Assembly (NCBI RefSeq): GCF_964213995.1
Contig: NC_135802.1
Span: forward strand, 42,842,001 to 42,906,000
Length of the DNA: 64,000 nucleotides
Direction: 5' to 3'
Source: Mustelus asterias
Lineage: Eukaryota
The notes under the pieces were generated by a model. The model made no database searches. It saw only the letters and a program-made list of their open reading frames with translations, and was not told where the DNA came from. The position numbers were made by a program, and so were the translations under genes. Below, in pieces: positions 11,733 through 22,697 of the stretch (position 1 is the first letter of the stretch; each line of letters starts with the position of its first letter).

Positions 11733-12921
11733 TATAGAACCATAGAATCCCTACAGTGCAGAAGGAGGCCACTCAGCCCATCAAGCCTGCAATGACAACA
11801 ATCCCACCCAAGCTCTATCCCTGTAACCCCAGGTATTTACTTCGCAAAGCCCTGTGACACTGAAGGAAAAACTTAACACGACCAATCAACCTAAACTGCA
11901 CATCTTCGGACTGTGGGAGGAAATAGATAGGCTGGAAAATTGGGCAGAGGGGTGGCAGATGGAGTTCAATCCGGATATTGGGCGGAGAGTTGGCAGATGG
12001 AGTTTAATCCGGATAAATGCGAAGTGATGCATTTTGGAAGAAATAATGTAGGGAGGAGTTGTACAATAAATGGCAGAGTCATCAGGAGTATAGAAACACA
12101 GAGGGACCTAGGTGTGCAAGTCCACAAATCCTTGAAGGTGGCAACACAGGTGGAGGAGGTGGTGAAGAAGGCATATGGTATGCTTGCCTTTATAGGACGG
12201 GGTATAGAGTATAAAAGCTGGAGTCTGATGATGCAGCTGTATAGAACGATGGTTAGGCCACATTTGGAGTACTGCGTCCAGTTCTGGTCGCCACACTACC
12301 AGGAGGACATGGGGGCGTTAGAGAGAGTGCAGAGAAGGTTTACCAGGATGTTGCCTGGTATGGAGGGTCTTAGCTATGAGGAGAGATTGGGTAAACTGGG
12401 GTTGTTCTCCCTGGAAAGACGGATAATGAGGGGAGATCTAATAGAGGTGTACAAGATTATGAAGGGGATAGATAGGGTGAACGGTGGGAAGCTTTTTCCC
12501 AGATCAGAAGTGACGTTCATGAGGGGTCACGGGCTCAAGGTGAGAGGGGCGAAGTATAACTCAGATATTAGAGGGATGTTTTTTACACAGAGGGTGGTGG
12601 GGGCCTGGAATGCGCTGCCAAGTAGGGTGGTGGAGGCAGGCACGCTGACATCATTTAAGACTTACCTGGATAGTCACATGAGCAGCCTGGGAATGGAGGG
12701 ATACAAACGATTGGTCTAGTTGGACCAAGGAGCGGCACAGGCTTGGAGGGCCGAAGGGCCTGTTTCCTGTGCTGTACTGTTCTTTGTTCTTTGTTACCGG
12801 AGCACCCGGAGGAAACCCACGTAGACATGGGGAGAAGGTGTAAACTCCACACAGTCACCCGAGGCCGGAATTAAACCCGTGTTCCTGGCACTGTGAGACA
12901 GCAGTGCTAATCACTGTGCTC
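11733..12921 (-). mobile_element. HE1-like V-SINE split in two (11733-11923 and 12797-12921) by a CR1 insertion
   Basis: The halves rejoin into the consensus ctgtgggaggaaa|ccggagcacccggaggaaaccc. Confidence 0.85.
11924..12795 (+). mobile_element. 5'-truncated CR1 LINE
   Basis: WQMEFNPDKC...RPHLEYCVQFWSP...RGDLIEVYK; (ttctttg)n tail. Confidence 0.95.
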
Positions 12922-13113
12922 CCTTCCCACCCATAAGCCTCCTTTTTCTGTTTTCCTTTAACTTTATTTTTTTGTCATCCAGGGCACAGAAGATGCCAAG
13001 TTTGTACCTGACCCATATCTTCCCCGCATGCCTTCCATTACTCAGACTGGAAAATGCAGCTGCAGGATAAAGCAGTCACTATCTGTTCTAGACCTCCGTT
13101 GAGCATGTTTACA

Positions 13114-13119
13114 TTTAAT
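13114..13119 (-). terminator. Candidate THNSL1 polyadenylation signal (ATTAAA)
   Basis: ATTAAA on the minus strand about 400 nt past the stop codon; an alternative AATAAA lies at 12963-12968. Confidence 0.25.
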
Positions 13120-13518
13120 ATTCTCTGATCTCGTAACATAATTACTTTGAACAGAATTACGCTGTGGTCACTGTTAGCTGCATGATCGCGTACTGTAACA
13201 TAATCCACTTTGCCCCTCTTAATTTCTCAGAACCAGATCCACAATTGCTCCCAACCTTGAAGTGCTTGTTCTTTATAATCTGTTAACAATAAAGATATTA
13301 CACAGTGGATGAAGGAGCTTTAAAGGTCACAAAGCAACATAACATGATTGCATTTCAACGTGATCCAGCAACATCCAATAAACATAGCAGGACGTACAAT
13401 AAATCTGTGTTTTTGAACCCTAGTCCAAAATGTAGAAGCAGCCTTCAACCCATTGCTCCTCAGTCTTGGATTGTGATGAGTCGGGAATTTTTTCGGCGAA
13501 AATCAAAGCAAGTACAGT

Positions 13519-15744
13519 TTAAGCAACTTTCATGAAATTCTGTTGAAGAAATCTTTCAATAGTGTCCATCATGTCACTCGGATCTGCTGGACAGACTTGG
13601 CTTTCCTGGGTGTGAACCTTTCCAAGCCTCTCCGTCACAGCTTTGTGAATAGCAGGCACGGGGTTTAGGGAGTTCAACATCTGGAGCTGATCAATTGGGC
13701 GGTGACTTATTTCATTAACCCTCAAAGCCTGTAGCACGGCAGCTGCAGATGTGCAAGGATGAGCTGTTGACACGATCACAACAGGACAGGCCCCATCATG
13801 CAGACGATCCGCGACCACTTTGGCCCCAGCCGTGTGCACATTCAGAATGTAGCCCGTGGACCTGTAAACAGAATAGATAGCAGCCAGGCACTCCTCCTCC
13901 GAGCACCAGTCTGACACAAAATGATGTTGAATTCTCCGCAGTAAAGTGTCTGGCACCTGGAAGTAGCATTGTTCTTCCAGCTGGGAAAACAGCTTGCTCA
14001 CCAGCTGCCCATCACCATGTGAAACAAGGTGTAAATATCGCTCAACGCTGGAGGACTTGAGAACGTCTAATGTTGGAGACAAGGAAGCAGTCATACTTCT
14101 GCGCCTCAGATCATATTTGCCTGTCCTGATGAAATCAGTCAGCGTGTTATTTTGTGTCAAAGCACAAATAATTTTTCGAATCGGAATCCCCATGCATTTT
14201 GCATACACTGCTGTCAGTATGTTGCTAAAATTACCTGTGGGAATGCAAACATCTATCGTATCTCCAAAGGTGATTACACCTTGGTTGATAAGATCAAGGT
14301 AAGCAGAGGCATGGTAGACCACCTGTGGCAGCAGACAAGCCCAGTTTGTTGAGTTTGCATGGCACAAAGCCGTCCCATACTCAACGGTTAGGAAGCCCGT
14401 GTAGTCGGGATTTGTGAATATTTCTTTTACAGTCCTCCGACAGAAATCAAAGTCAGACTTGACACCGACAGCCTTTATATTTTCTGCTTTGTAGCTAATC
14501 ATCTGTGCCTTCCAAATCTGGCTAATTCCCTCTTCGGGGAAGAATGAGAGAACTGCAATTCTTTGTTTGTCAGCATCACTGAGGCGAAAGAAACCGTCCA
14601 GAACAGCACTCCCTGTATCCCCAGATGTAGCCACTAGAATCAGATAATTGCAAGTTCTAGGCATGCAGTATGCAAATAGCTGGGGCAACATCTGCAACGC
14701 AAAGTCCTTGAAGGAAGCCGTGGGCCCATGAAACAATTCAAGAAGAAACTGACAGCCACTCAAATGTCTGACTGGTGCGATCTTGTTACAGGAAAAGTTC
14801 TGTCCATACGCTTTCACCACCATCTCCCGCAGGTTGGCAGCGAGGACATCATCGGGATGGATGCACTTCTCAAATAGGACTTGGGCCCGCTCACTGTAAG
14901 GAGCTCCCACCAATCTTTGCCACTCTCCAGCAGTCAATTCTGGAAGCCGACTAGCAGGCACGTAGAGGCCTCCATCCAAAGCCAGGCCTTCAATAACAAT
15001 GTCAGTGAAGAAACTAGGGGCTTGTCTAAACTCAGAGTCTTTAGCTATACTTCTGGTGGAAGTAAATGTTCCAGAGTTAGAGTCCTGATACCTCTTTATA
15101 ACATCAAGTACTTTCTCAGCAACTGCTTCGGCTGTGTCACCAGCTTGACAGAGGACACGTACATCGTACCACTGGTGGTAAAACTGGCGCCTGTACTGAA
15201 ACATTTCCTGGATTGAAACACCAGGCCTCAGTCCTACAATATGATCAACGTTCATTCCTTCGAGTCTTTGCAGTACATCTTCAAGAGGCACGTCAAGGTA
15301 AACAACTATTCCATTCTTTTTCACGTGGTGCATACTGCAGCGATGCATAGGATTGGACCCAGTAAGAGAAATAATGCTCCTGGCAGTTGAAAGCTCCTGG
15401 AGGATTTGTCCTTCCTCTTGCAAGAATAGTTCCTCGCCAACCTCCTGCAGTTTCTGAGCCACACTCATCTGCCATGTCTTTTCGAGTACCTCATTAATGT
15501 CGATCACGGGAAGACCAGTGATCTGACCCACAAACACCGCGACTGTTGACTTCCCTGCGCCAGGAGCGCCTAGAAGAGCAATGTTCTTCTCACCAAGAAG
15601 TGAGCTAGGTATGGACAGCTTCGACTTAGCACGTTTAGAAAAATGGAACACTTTCGAACATGATAAAGCAATATTCCAGCTCATTGAAATTAAAGATTGA
15701 TCACAGTGAAAAAGTCTGTGTGTCAGGTGAAGCAGCCTGGACAT
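13519..15744 (-). CDS. THNSL1: Threonine synthase-like 1 (N-terminal shikimate-kinase-like P-loop domain plus PLP-dependent threonine synthase domain), 741 aa, single coding exon
   Basis: Uninterrupted 741-aa ORF with Walker A GAPGAGKS (15547-15570), ISLTGSNPMH, GLALDGGLYVP, LELFHGPTASFKD (PLP lysine codon 14707-14709), VATSGDTGSA and PTGNF. This two-domain layout and length match vertebrate THNSL1. The Arg/Ser/Leu-rich, acid-poor N-terminus resembles a mitochondrial presequence. Confidence 0.93.
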   Translation of the reverse strand: MSRLLHLTHRLFHCDQSLISMSWNIALSCSKVFHFSKRAKSKLSIPSSLLGEKNIALLGAPGAGKSTVAVFVGQITGLPVIDINEVLEKTWQMSVAQKLQEVGEELFLQEEGQILQELSTARSIISLTGSNPMHRCSMHHVKKNGIVVYLDVPLEDVLQRLEGMNVDHIVGLRPGVSIQEMFQYRRQFYHQWYDVRVLCQAGDTAEAVAEKVLDVIKRYQDSNSGTFTSTRSIAKDSEFRQAPSFFTDIVIEGLALDGGLYVPASRLPELTAGEWQRLVGAPYSERAQVLFEKCIHPDDVLAANLREMVVKAYGQNFSCNKIAPVRHLSGCQFLLELFHGPTASFKDFALQMLPQLFAYCMPRTCNYLILVATSGDTGSAVLDGFFRLSDADKQRIAVLSFFPEEGISQIWKAQMISYKAENIKAVGVKSDFDFCRRTVKEIFTNPDYTGFLTVEYGTALCHANSTNWACLLPQVVYHASAYLDLINQGVITFGDTIDVCIPTGNFSNILTAVYAKCMGIPIRKIICALTQNNTLTDFIRTGKYDLRRRSMTASLSPTLDVLKSSSVERYLHLVSHGDGQLVSKLFSQLEEQCYFQVPDTLLRRIQHHFVSDWCSEEECLAAIYSVYRSTGYILNVHTAGAKVVADRLHDGACPVVIVSTAHPCTSAAAVLQALRVNEISHRPIDQLQMLNSLNPVPAIHKAVTERLGKVHTQESQVCPADPSDMMDTIERFLQQNFMKVA

Positions 15745-15775
15745 CCTGATCTTCAGTCAAACAAGTGCATAAGTT

Positions 15776-15800
15776 CTTAAATTGAAAAAAAGACAGAAAA
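15776..15800 (-). other. Splice acceptor of the THNSL1 coding exon (exon starts 15775)
   Basis: Minus strand reads TTTTCTGTCTTTTTTTCAATTTAAG|AACTT: a strong polypyrimidine tract plus AG, 31 nt upstream of the ATG. Confidence 0.75.
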
Positions 15801-17785
15801 TATTAAAGCATCGTTAAGCTTCCTCAATGGAAAATAAAATAAGCAATAATCAAAAATCACCAATTTGTACTGCAATGAATAACAGCTTCATTATCTCATT
15901 TTCTACATTTATCATTTTCCAAAGATGTGAGAACTGTGCAATTATTCAGCACACAATTCAAATTTTTTAAAAACTCAATCTCGCCGCTTCTCTTACTCAT
16001 TTCCAGCTTGTTGGTGGTCTGCAGTGTGAGGGCCTGATTCTTCTGAATTTGTCAAAAGTGAAACTACGCAGTCTTTCATGATGTAATCATTTGCTATGCT
16101 ATTGAGAGGCCACACTGGAATTCAAAAGGGCTGGATTTGACTCCCGAGATAGGTAGCTCAACACTTGCCAGACCCACCTCAATAAAACGTACCTCCAAAT
16201 GGCATGGTTTTCACTTGGGGATGCGTGGTGGGGGGGTGGGGGAGAGAGAGTCAGACCTGCTGACCCCTGAAGCAGAATGCAAGCCCAATGTCAACAGGGG
16301 CTGGTTAGGAGACCTGCTTCAGTTCACTGGGACTTTGTCCCAGTTGTTTTACTCAGTGAATGGTTACAGCATAGGAGGAGGCCATTCAGTCCAACGTGAG
16401 CTCATTGCAGTCTCACTTTCCTGCTAGGCCTTCTAGCAATAACCCTTCACACCACCCAATCTGCATAGCCCGTCATACCCTCCATTCCAACTCAGTCTCC
16501 ACCCAGCGCCCTTGGCCTCTCATACCCTCCATTGTCATCTCCATAGCTATTTAACCAGTATACATCATAGTCAGACCTCAGGAAATATGCGGAGATGAAA
16601 AAATAAACTAAAAGCCCAACACCACTCTCAAAACTATACACTTGACAGTGAAAAGAACTCCTAATCATAAGATTCTTTCAAGTGGATAATCTCTTCTAAA
16701 AATAAACTTCTTTTGTACCCCAAAGACTGCTAAACCTTTAATAACATATTTAATCTGTCAATCAAACTGTGAACTCAGAACCCTCTGGTGAGTCAATTAC
16801 AAGTTTTGAAAATCAGCCAAGCATTTATAATGTCAGGCCCTTATAGGCCTTATCTACCTTTTAAGAGCGTTTTAATCTACTCCATCAATTTGTGACTCTC
16901 ACACTTTGGGTTAAGTTGCTTGCAGATGCCATAATGGGGTCTATTCTAACTCAGCACCGAGTTCAATAGTCCTGCTAAGAATGAGTTCCCTGCCTATGTG
17001 AATCACACCTTCTTCCGCCAAATATTGATCTGTCAGACATCTGTCCAAATCTGTGAAAACCTGACCCAAAAGTGGTGAAACTGCACTGACTAACCTCTGA
17101 TACTGTCTGTTACACAATTTCTTTAACCAAAGGTTGAATTAATTTGTCATTGCACAGCAGTCAGCCTATTGAGACCATATTACAACAGATAAGGTACAAT
17201 TATAATCCTCTACGATTCAAGTACTTCCAGAATACCAGGAGAAAACAAAATTGCCTTTCTAGCTTTATCCACAATAAAGCATTGATATTTTTCTGTATTA
17301 AAAAGAAACAAACCAGATAAAGCATGGAAATTACAAGTGTGTTTTTTGCTGCAGTATGCACATATGAAACTAGAGGGAGTATATTTGTTGTTTACAGGTT
17401 GTTTACAGGTAATGGGAGGTAGAGCCATCTGGTAAATTTACAAAGAAATGTGTATAATTGTGAAATGAAACAAAAGGTGTCTAAAGAAATACACCAAGAC
17501 TAAAAATACTTGGTCCTAGCATTACTAATGCAATATATAAACTTTTTAGAACTCAGAAAGTTACTTCATTGCAAAAATCACTCGAACTAATTACATTATT
17601 TTACATCAACCTTGAACCACATGCTAAGTATAAAACCAAGGTAGGAATATATAAATTGGTGAATAAAAAAAGCAGGATGAAAAAGGGATGTAAAAATGAA
17701 TCAGTGAAAGAAATGAAAATAAATCATTAGAAATAAAAACTGGGTGAAGGTGGAGGAGGGTGTTCACAGCCTGGAGTTGTTGAAC

Positions 17786-18335
17786 TCAATGTTAAGGCTG
17801 GAAGACTATTCTAGAAAGGATATTATTAAACTAGAAAGAGTGCAGAAAAGATTTACTAGGATGCTACCGGGACTTGATGGATTGAGTTATAAGGAGAGGC
17901 TGGATAGACTGGGACTTTTTTCCCTGGAGCATAGGAGGCTTAGGGGTGTTCTTATAGAGGTCTATAAAATAATAAGGGGCATAGATCAGCTAGATAGTCA
18001 ATATCTTTTCCCAAAGGTAGGGGAGTCTAAAACTAGAGGACATAGGTTTAAGGTGAGTGGGGAGAGATACAAAAGGGTCCAAAGGGGCAATTTTTTCACA
18101 CAGAGGGTGGTGTGTGTCTGGAACAAGCTGCCAGAGGTAGTAGTAGAGGCGGGTACAATTTTGTCTTTTAAAAAGCATTTAGACAGTTACATGGGTAAGA
18201 TGGGTATAGAGGGATATGGGCCATATGCAGGCAACAGGGACTAGCTTAAGGGTTTAAAAAAAGGGCGGCATGGACAAGTTGGGCCGAAGAGCCTGTTTCC
18301 ATGCTGTAAACCTCTATGACTCTATGACAATGACT
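17786..18335 (+). mobile_element. CR1 LINE 3' fragment
   Basis: KDIIKLERVQKRFTRML...FFTQRVV; (ctctatga)n tail. Confidence 0.93.
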
Positions 18336-19110
18336 CTAAGACTGTAACATGAGGATGAAGTGCTGTTCTTCTGCTTTGAATTGGGTCTCACTGGAACACT
18401 GAAGCAGGCCACAGATGGACATGTGGATAAAAATAAAATACTGTCGATGCTGGAATCTGAAACAAAAACAGAAAATGCTGGAACATCTCAGCAGGTCTGA
18501 TACCATCGTTGGAGAGAGAAAAAAATGTTTTGGGTCTGGATGACTCTCCGTCAGAGCATGTGAACATGAGAACAGGATGGTGTGTTGAAGATCTGGGTCC
18601 TGTTTGCGTACGGACTGAAGATGTGCTGCAAAGCCGTCACTCAATCTGGGTTTAGTCTCTCTAATGTAGAGGAGACTGCATTCGGAGCGCTGCTTCATCC
18701 AAAAAATGTTTAGTCCCTTGGATGGTGAGCAGGGAGGAGATAAAGGGGCTGGTGTCACACCTTCTACAATTGCATGAGAAGGGGCCAAGCGAAGGGGGTG
18801 AGGTGTTGGGGTGATGGAGTGGACCAGGGTATCCCGGAGGGGATGGTCCCTGCAGAATGTTGATAGGGGGAGTGAGGGGAGACGTGTCGAGTAGTGGCAT
18901 CATGCTGGAGTTAGCAGAAATGGCGGAGGATGATCCTTTGATTGTGGAGGCTACTGGAATGAAAAATGAGGACAAGGGGGACCCTATTCTGGTTTTGGGA
19001 GGGGGAGGAGGGGGTGAGAGCAATGGCACAGGCGATGGTTCGGACATAGCTGAGAGCCCTGGGGATGGGAAACCATGATTAAGGAAGAAAGAAGTCAGCA
19101 GCGCTGATTT
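18336..19110 (-). mobile_element. Decayed Penelope-like element (GIY-YIG region) with a family-B pseudo-LTR insert at about 18426-18560
   Basis: Minus frames CNCRRCDT and CSLLYIRETKPRL..F..HL match the Penelope linker and the YIG half of the GIY-YIG nuclease. Confidence 0.7.
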
Positions 19111-20609
19111 GGGAAGGAATAAATAAATTGGAGTAAACAGATTAAAAACTGTGAATTTAATGTTATATCTCTACAATTTACTTGAGTTTAAGAGCTTTAA
19201 AAATTTAAACTCTAAACTATACTCTTGGAACATTACAATATTGCCTACTCTTTAAAAACACTTCATTCAAAAACATTTTACAGTTAATGTCCTGAAGTTG
19301 CAAAAGGTGTTATATAAATGAAAGTTCTTTCTTTAACATATTGGCGGTACTAAAATCATTCTGCTTGTTGAGCAGAGGTAAGGTAGGGCCATCTATCAGC
19401 CATGTTAAGCTACACACCTAATTCCAAAATGAAACAAAACATTTCCTCAAGGAGCATGGGAGTTCAATAAAGATGTCCGTGTCCATTATTAATGGTGTCT
19501 ATATAATTGAGAAGTATTCCCACTGAAGACATCTTAACTGCACAAACCTAAAGACCTTAACTAAATAGCGTGGCTTCCAGGAAAGGAAGCGTAGACATCT
19601 AATGAACATGGCAGATTGCATGCCAGATACGTACACATTTTACTCGGTTACTGGATGTAACATCTTTTATGTATTGCCTGACAACCGTGTTTACGTTGGA
19701 GCTGAAATATGGCCCTCTCCTCACCAAATCGCCAAAGTTCCCAATGTATGTGTTTTTTCTTAATATAAAATAGGAGCAGGAGGAGACCATAATAGCTTCA
19801 CCACAACCTATGGGTATCTGACTAGTACCGACCTCACACTGATGTTTTCTTTAGCGCTCTTGTCAGTGGCCATCCTTGATTTTAATACAGAGTACAAAAA
19901 ACAATTTTGTAAAGTAGCAGATAACAGATGGCAAGTTACGTAAAAGATAAGAGAATCAGTGGTTTATGGAAATGAACCAACCTCTCTGCGAATGCTGCAG
20001 ACTGTAAACCACCTGTCCCTGATTAGGGGTTGCCAACTTTGGTTGGATATATTCCTGGAGACCTCATCACATGACCGTCTTCCTCTAAAACATCCTGCCC
20101 CCACCCCACCCATCGCCAACACATTAATAACAAAAAAACTTTTTAAATAAGTGTTCAATCTGTAATTTCTGGATACTTTAGAATAATTCTGGAGAGTTGG
20201 CAATCTAATATACATTTGATTAATGCGAAGCATGTCTTTTCTGAACCACCTTAAAAAGAATGATACAATTGCAGAATTAAACATCGCAATTCAGCACAAT
20301 TTGCTTCTGGAAGGGGTTAGTCTCGGGCTAAAGCTCAGTGACTGAAGTTATATAACAAATCACAGGAAAGACAAAGCTGTGCCATTGATGTTTCGCCTGG
20401 TCAGCCTTTTCCCAGTTGGTAGAACTTGTGCCTAAATCAGAATTCAAGCCTCACTACAGAGACTTCAGCAAAATTCCAGCAGTACTAAGGCAATGTTGTA
20501 CTGTCACAAGAGCTGTCTTACAGATGAAGTATCTAATCAAGCCCTGGTCGGCCCCTTCAGGTGGACAGTAATGATCATGTGGCAGTATTAGAAGACAACC
20601 AGGAAAGTT

Positions 20610-20897
20610 CATAGAATCATAGAATCCCTACAGTGCAGAAGAGGCCATTCGGCCCATTGAGTCTTCACCGACTCTCTGATCTTACCCAGACCCTCTCCCC
20701 TGCCCTATCCCCATAACACCACAACTTTCCCATGGCTAATCCATCTAACCTAAGGGGCAATTTACCATTTTCAATCCACCTTACTGCACATCTTTGGACT
20801 GTGGGAGGAAACTCCACACAGACAGTCACCCAAGGCCGGAATTGAACCCGGGTCCCTTGAGCTGTGAGGCAGACGTGCTAACGACTGTGCCATCCGT
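20610..20897 (-). mobile_element. HE1-like V-SINE
   Basis: (atagaatc)n tail, cagtgcagaagaggccattcggccc, tRNA-derived head. Confidence 0.85.
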
Positions 20898-21009
20898 GTT
20901 CTCTTGATGTCCTGGCCAATATTTATCACTTAAGCAACAATCAGATTATCTAGTCATTTATTTCACTATTGATTGTGGGACACCGAAATGCATAAAATGG
21001 TTCCCTCAT

Positions 21010-21351
21010 TCCCTGGTCAGTTTCGCTCAGTTGACTGGAGAGCTGGTTAGTGATACAGAGCTATGCCAACAGCATGGGTTTAATTCCTATGATGTGGAGA
21101 TGCCGGCGTTGGACTGGGGTAAGCACAGTAAGAAGTCTCACAACACCAGGTTAAAGTCCAACACAAGGTAGGACTACCAGTTGGACTTTAACCTGGTGTT
21201 GTGAGACTTCTTACTGTTCAATTCCTATACCAGCTGAGGTTACTAATGAAGGCCGTCCTTCACAACCTTGCCCCTCACCTGAGATGTGGGGATCCTCAAG
21301 TTAAAATCATCACCAGTCTATGGTCATCTGGGACTATGGCGACTTTACTTT
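21010..21351 (+). mobile_element. tRNA-derived SINE of a further family, interrupted by a Penelope hairpin
   Basis: A-box-like gctcagttg, B-box-like gggtt(t/c)aattcc and a gactttactttt tail. Confidence 0.55.
21091..21217. mobile_element. Penelope pseudo-LTR fold-back insertion (family A)
   Basis: Perfect 38-bp inverted repeat 21125-21162/21180-21217; TSD tt(t/c)aattcctat. Confidence 0.85.
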
Positions 21352-21817
21352 TACGTTACAACACTGAGTTAATTTCAAAAGTACTTAGTTGGAGGTAAAC
21401 TACTCTAGGGTGTCCTGAGGTTGTGAAAGAGGCTATATAAATATTTTTCTTTCACCCTAACCAAAACCCCACTTGTGGCACACTTAGCAGTGTGTACCGC
21501 CATGCATGATGTTCTGCATTCCATGTTAAAAGTTACACCGTCTTCACTTAGGAGAAGCATTGAGCATATATGTTAAATAAAATGTTCTTGCACATAGTAA
21601 TTACAATATGCTGAAAAATAGGAAGTACAAGCTTCCTATTTGCAACGATTGAGACACAATTACTTACACATCAGGTAGGGCAATGTTACAAATTAGTTAC
21701 ATGCAGCTACCTACATCCCCAGTGATACCTGACACTTAACAAATCAAATCTGCTCCACCAATTCCAGTGTATTCATTGATACACACATGGGAGTGACTTG
21801 GAGCTAGTAAATCTCAC

Positions 21818-22005
21818 GTCAGGGATCTGATAAATCACAAACTCTTCGAACTTCAAATCGTGGATGATACTGTCTGGCGATCTCTCCCGGGAATCTGTGG
21901 AACCTTATCACAGGTGCAATGATGTTTTTAAACTGCTTTAGCATTAAGTGAACCCATGGCTGGTGCAGAGTCTTTTGAGTAGTTCCCTTCATCTTCTTAA
22001 TTTTC
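21818..22005 (-). other. Candidate 5' UTR exon of THNSL1 (188 nt)
   Basis: Non-repetitive segment bounded on the minus strand by ATTTTAATTGCCCAG| and |GTGAGA. No transcript evidence. Confidence 0.3.
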
Positions 22006-22309
22006 CTGGGCAATTAAAATCACAATTAATCTCAGGTTTAATTATTACCTGTACTTTTGAAACTATGTCACTGACAGTCATAGCTCAGAGATCCCAGAGA
22101 ATTAAGTTGCAAGGCAAAGGGGAAATTATCAATATCTGTGACAAACACAGCATCCGAGAATGGGCCTAAACAGCATGGATTTTTCTACATGTTTCAAGGT
22201 TTAGTAACTTTCGGAGAACCTAAACTTTTAAGATGTTTGTGGAGCTTCACAGAATATTCTTCCGTTACTGCAGGTTACTTAGAGGGGAGGTGCAGGGAAA
22301 TCCACTTTC

Positions 22310-22595
22310 ATTGAATCCCTACAAAGCAGAAAGTGGCCATTCGGCCCATCGAGGCTGCACCGACCAGAACCCCAGCCAGGCCGTATCCCTGTCACCCCAT
22401 GTATTTACCCTGTTAATCCCTCGACACTAAGGGGCAATTTAGCGCGGCCAATCAACCTAAATTGCACATCTTTGGAGTGTGGGAGGAAACCGGAGCACCC
22501 GGAGGAAACCCATGTAGACACGGGAGAATGTGCAAGCTCCATACAGGCCGGGTCTCTGGCGCTGTGAGGCCACAGTGCTACCCACTCTGCCACCT
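22310..22595 (-). mobile_element. HE1-like V-SINE
   Basis: Core gggaggaaaccggagcacccggaggaaaccc on the plus strand, i.e. a reverse copy. Confidence 0.85.
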
Positions 22596-22697
22596 TGTTG
22601 CCTCTTTGTTGGACCATAAACAAACTCTTCCAATAAACACCAGTTTCATTTAGGTCTATAAACTTCAAGATAATTATATTTTGTTATTATCCAAAGG

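Larger units (their letters stand above)
20425..21452 (+). mobile_element. DeuSINE-superfamily (AmnSINE1/SacSINE1-like) element interrupted by three younger insertions
   Basis: Deu-domain-like blocks ccccttcaggtggac...gtcctggccaatatttatc...cagattatct and tail gtcctgaggttgtgaaagaggctatataaat. Confidence 0.65.

Noticed and set aside
13994-15216. Plus-strand ORFs overlapping THNSL1
   Set aside because: Antisense shadows of the real CDS with no independent features.
19599-19790. Unique-sequence short ORFs in the THNSL1 upstream intron
   Set aside because: No recognisable homology or convincing splice boundaries.
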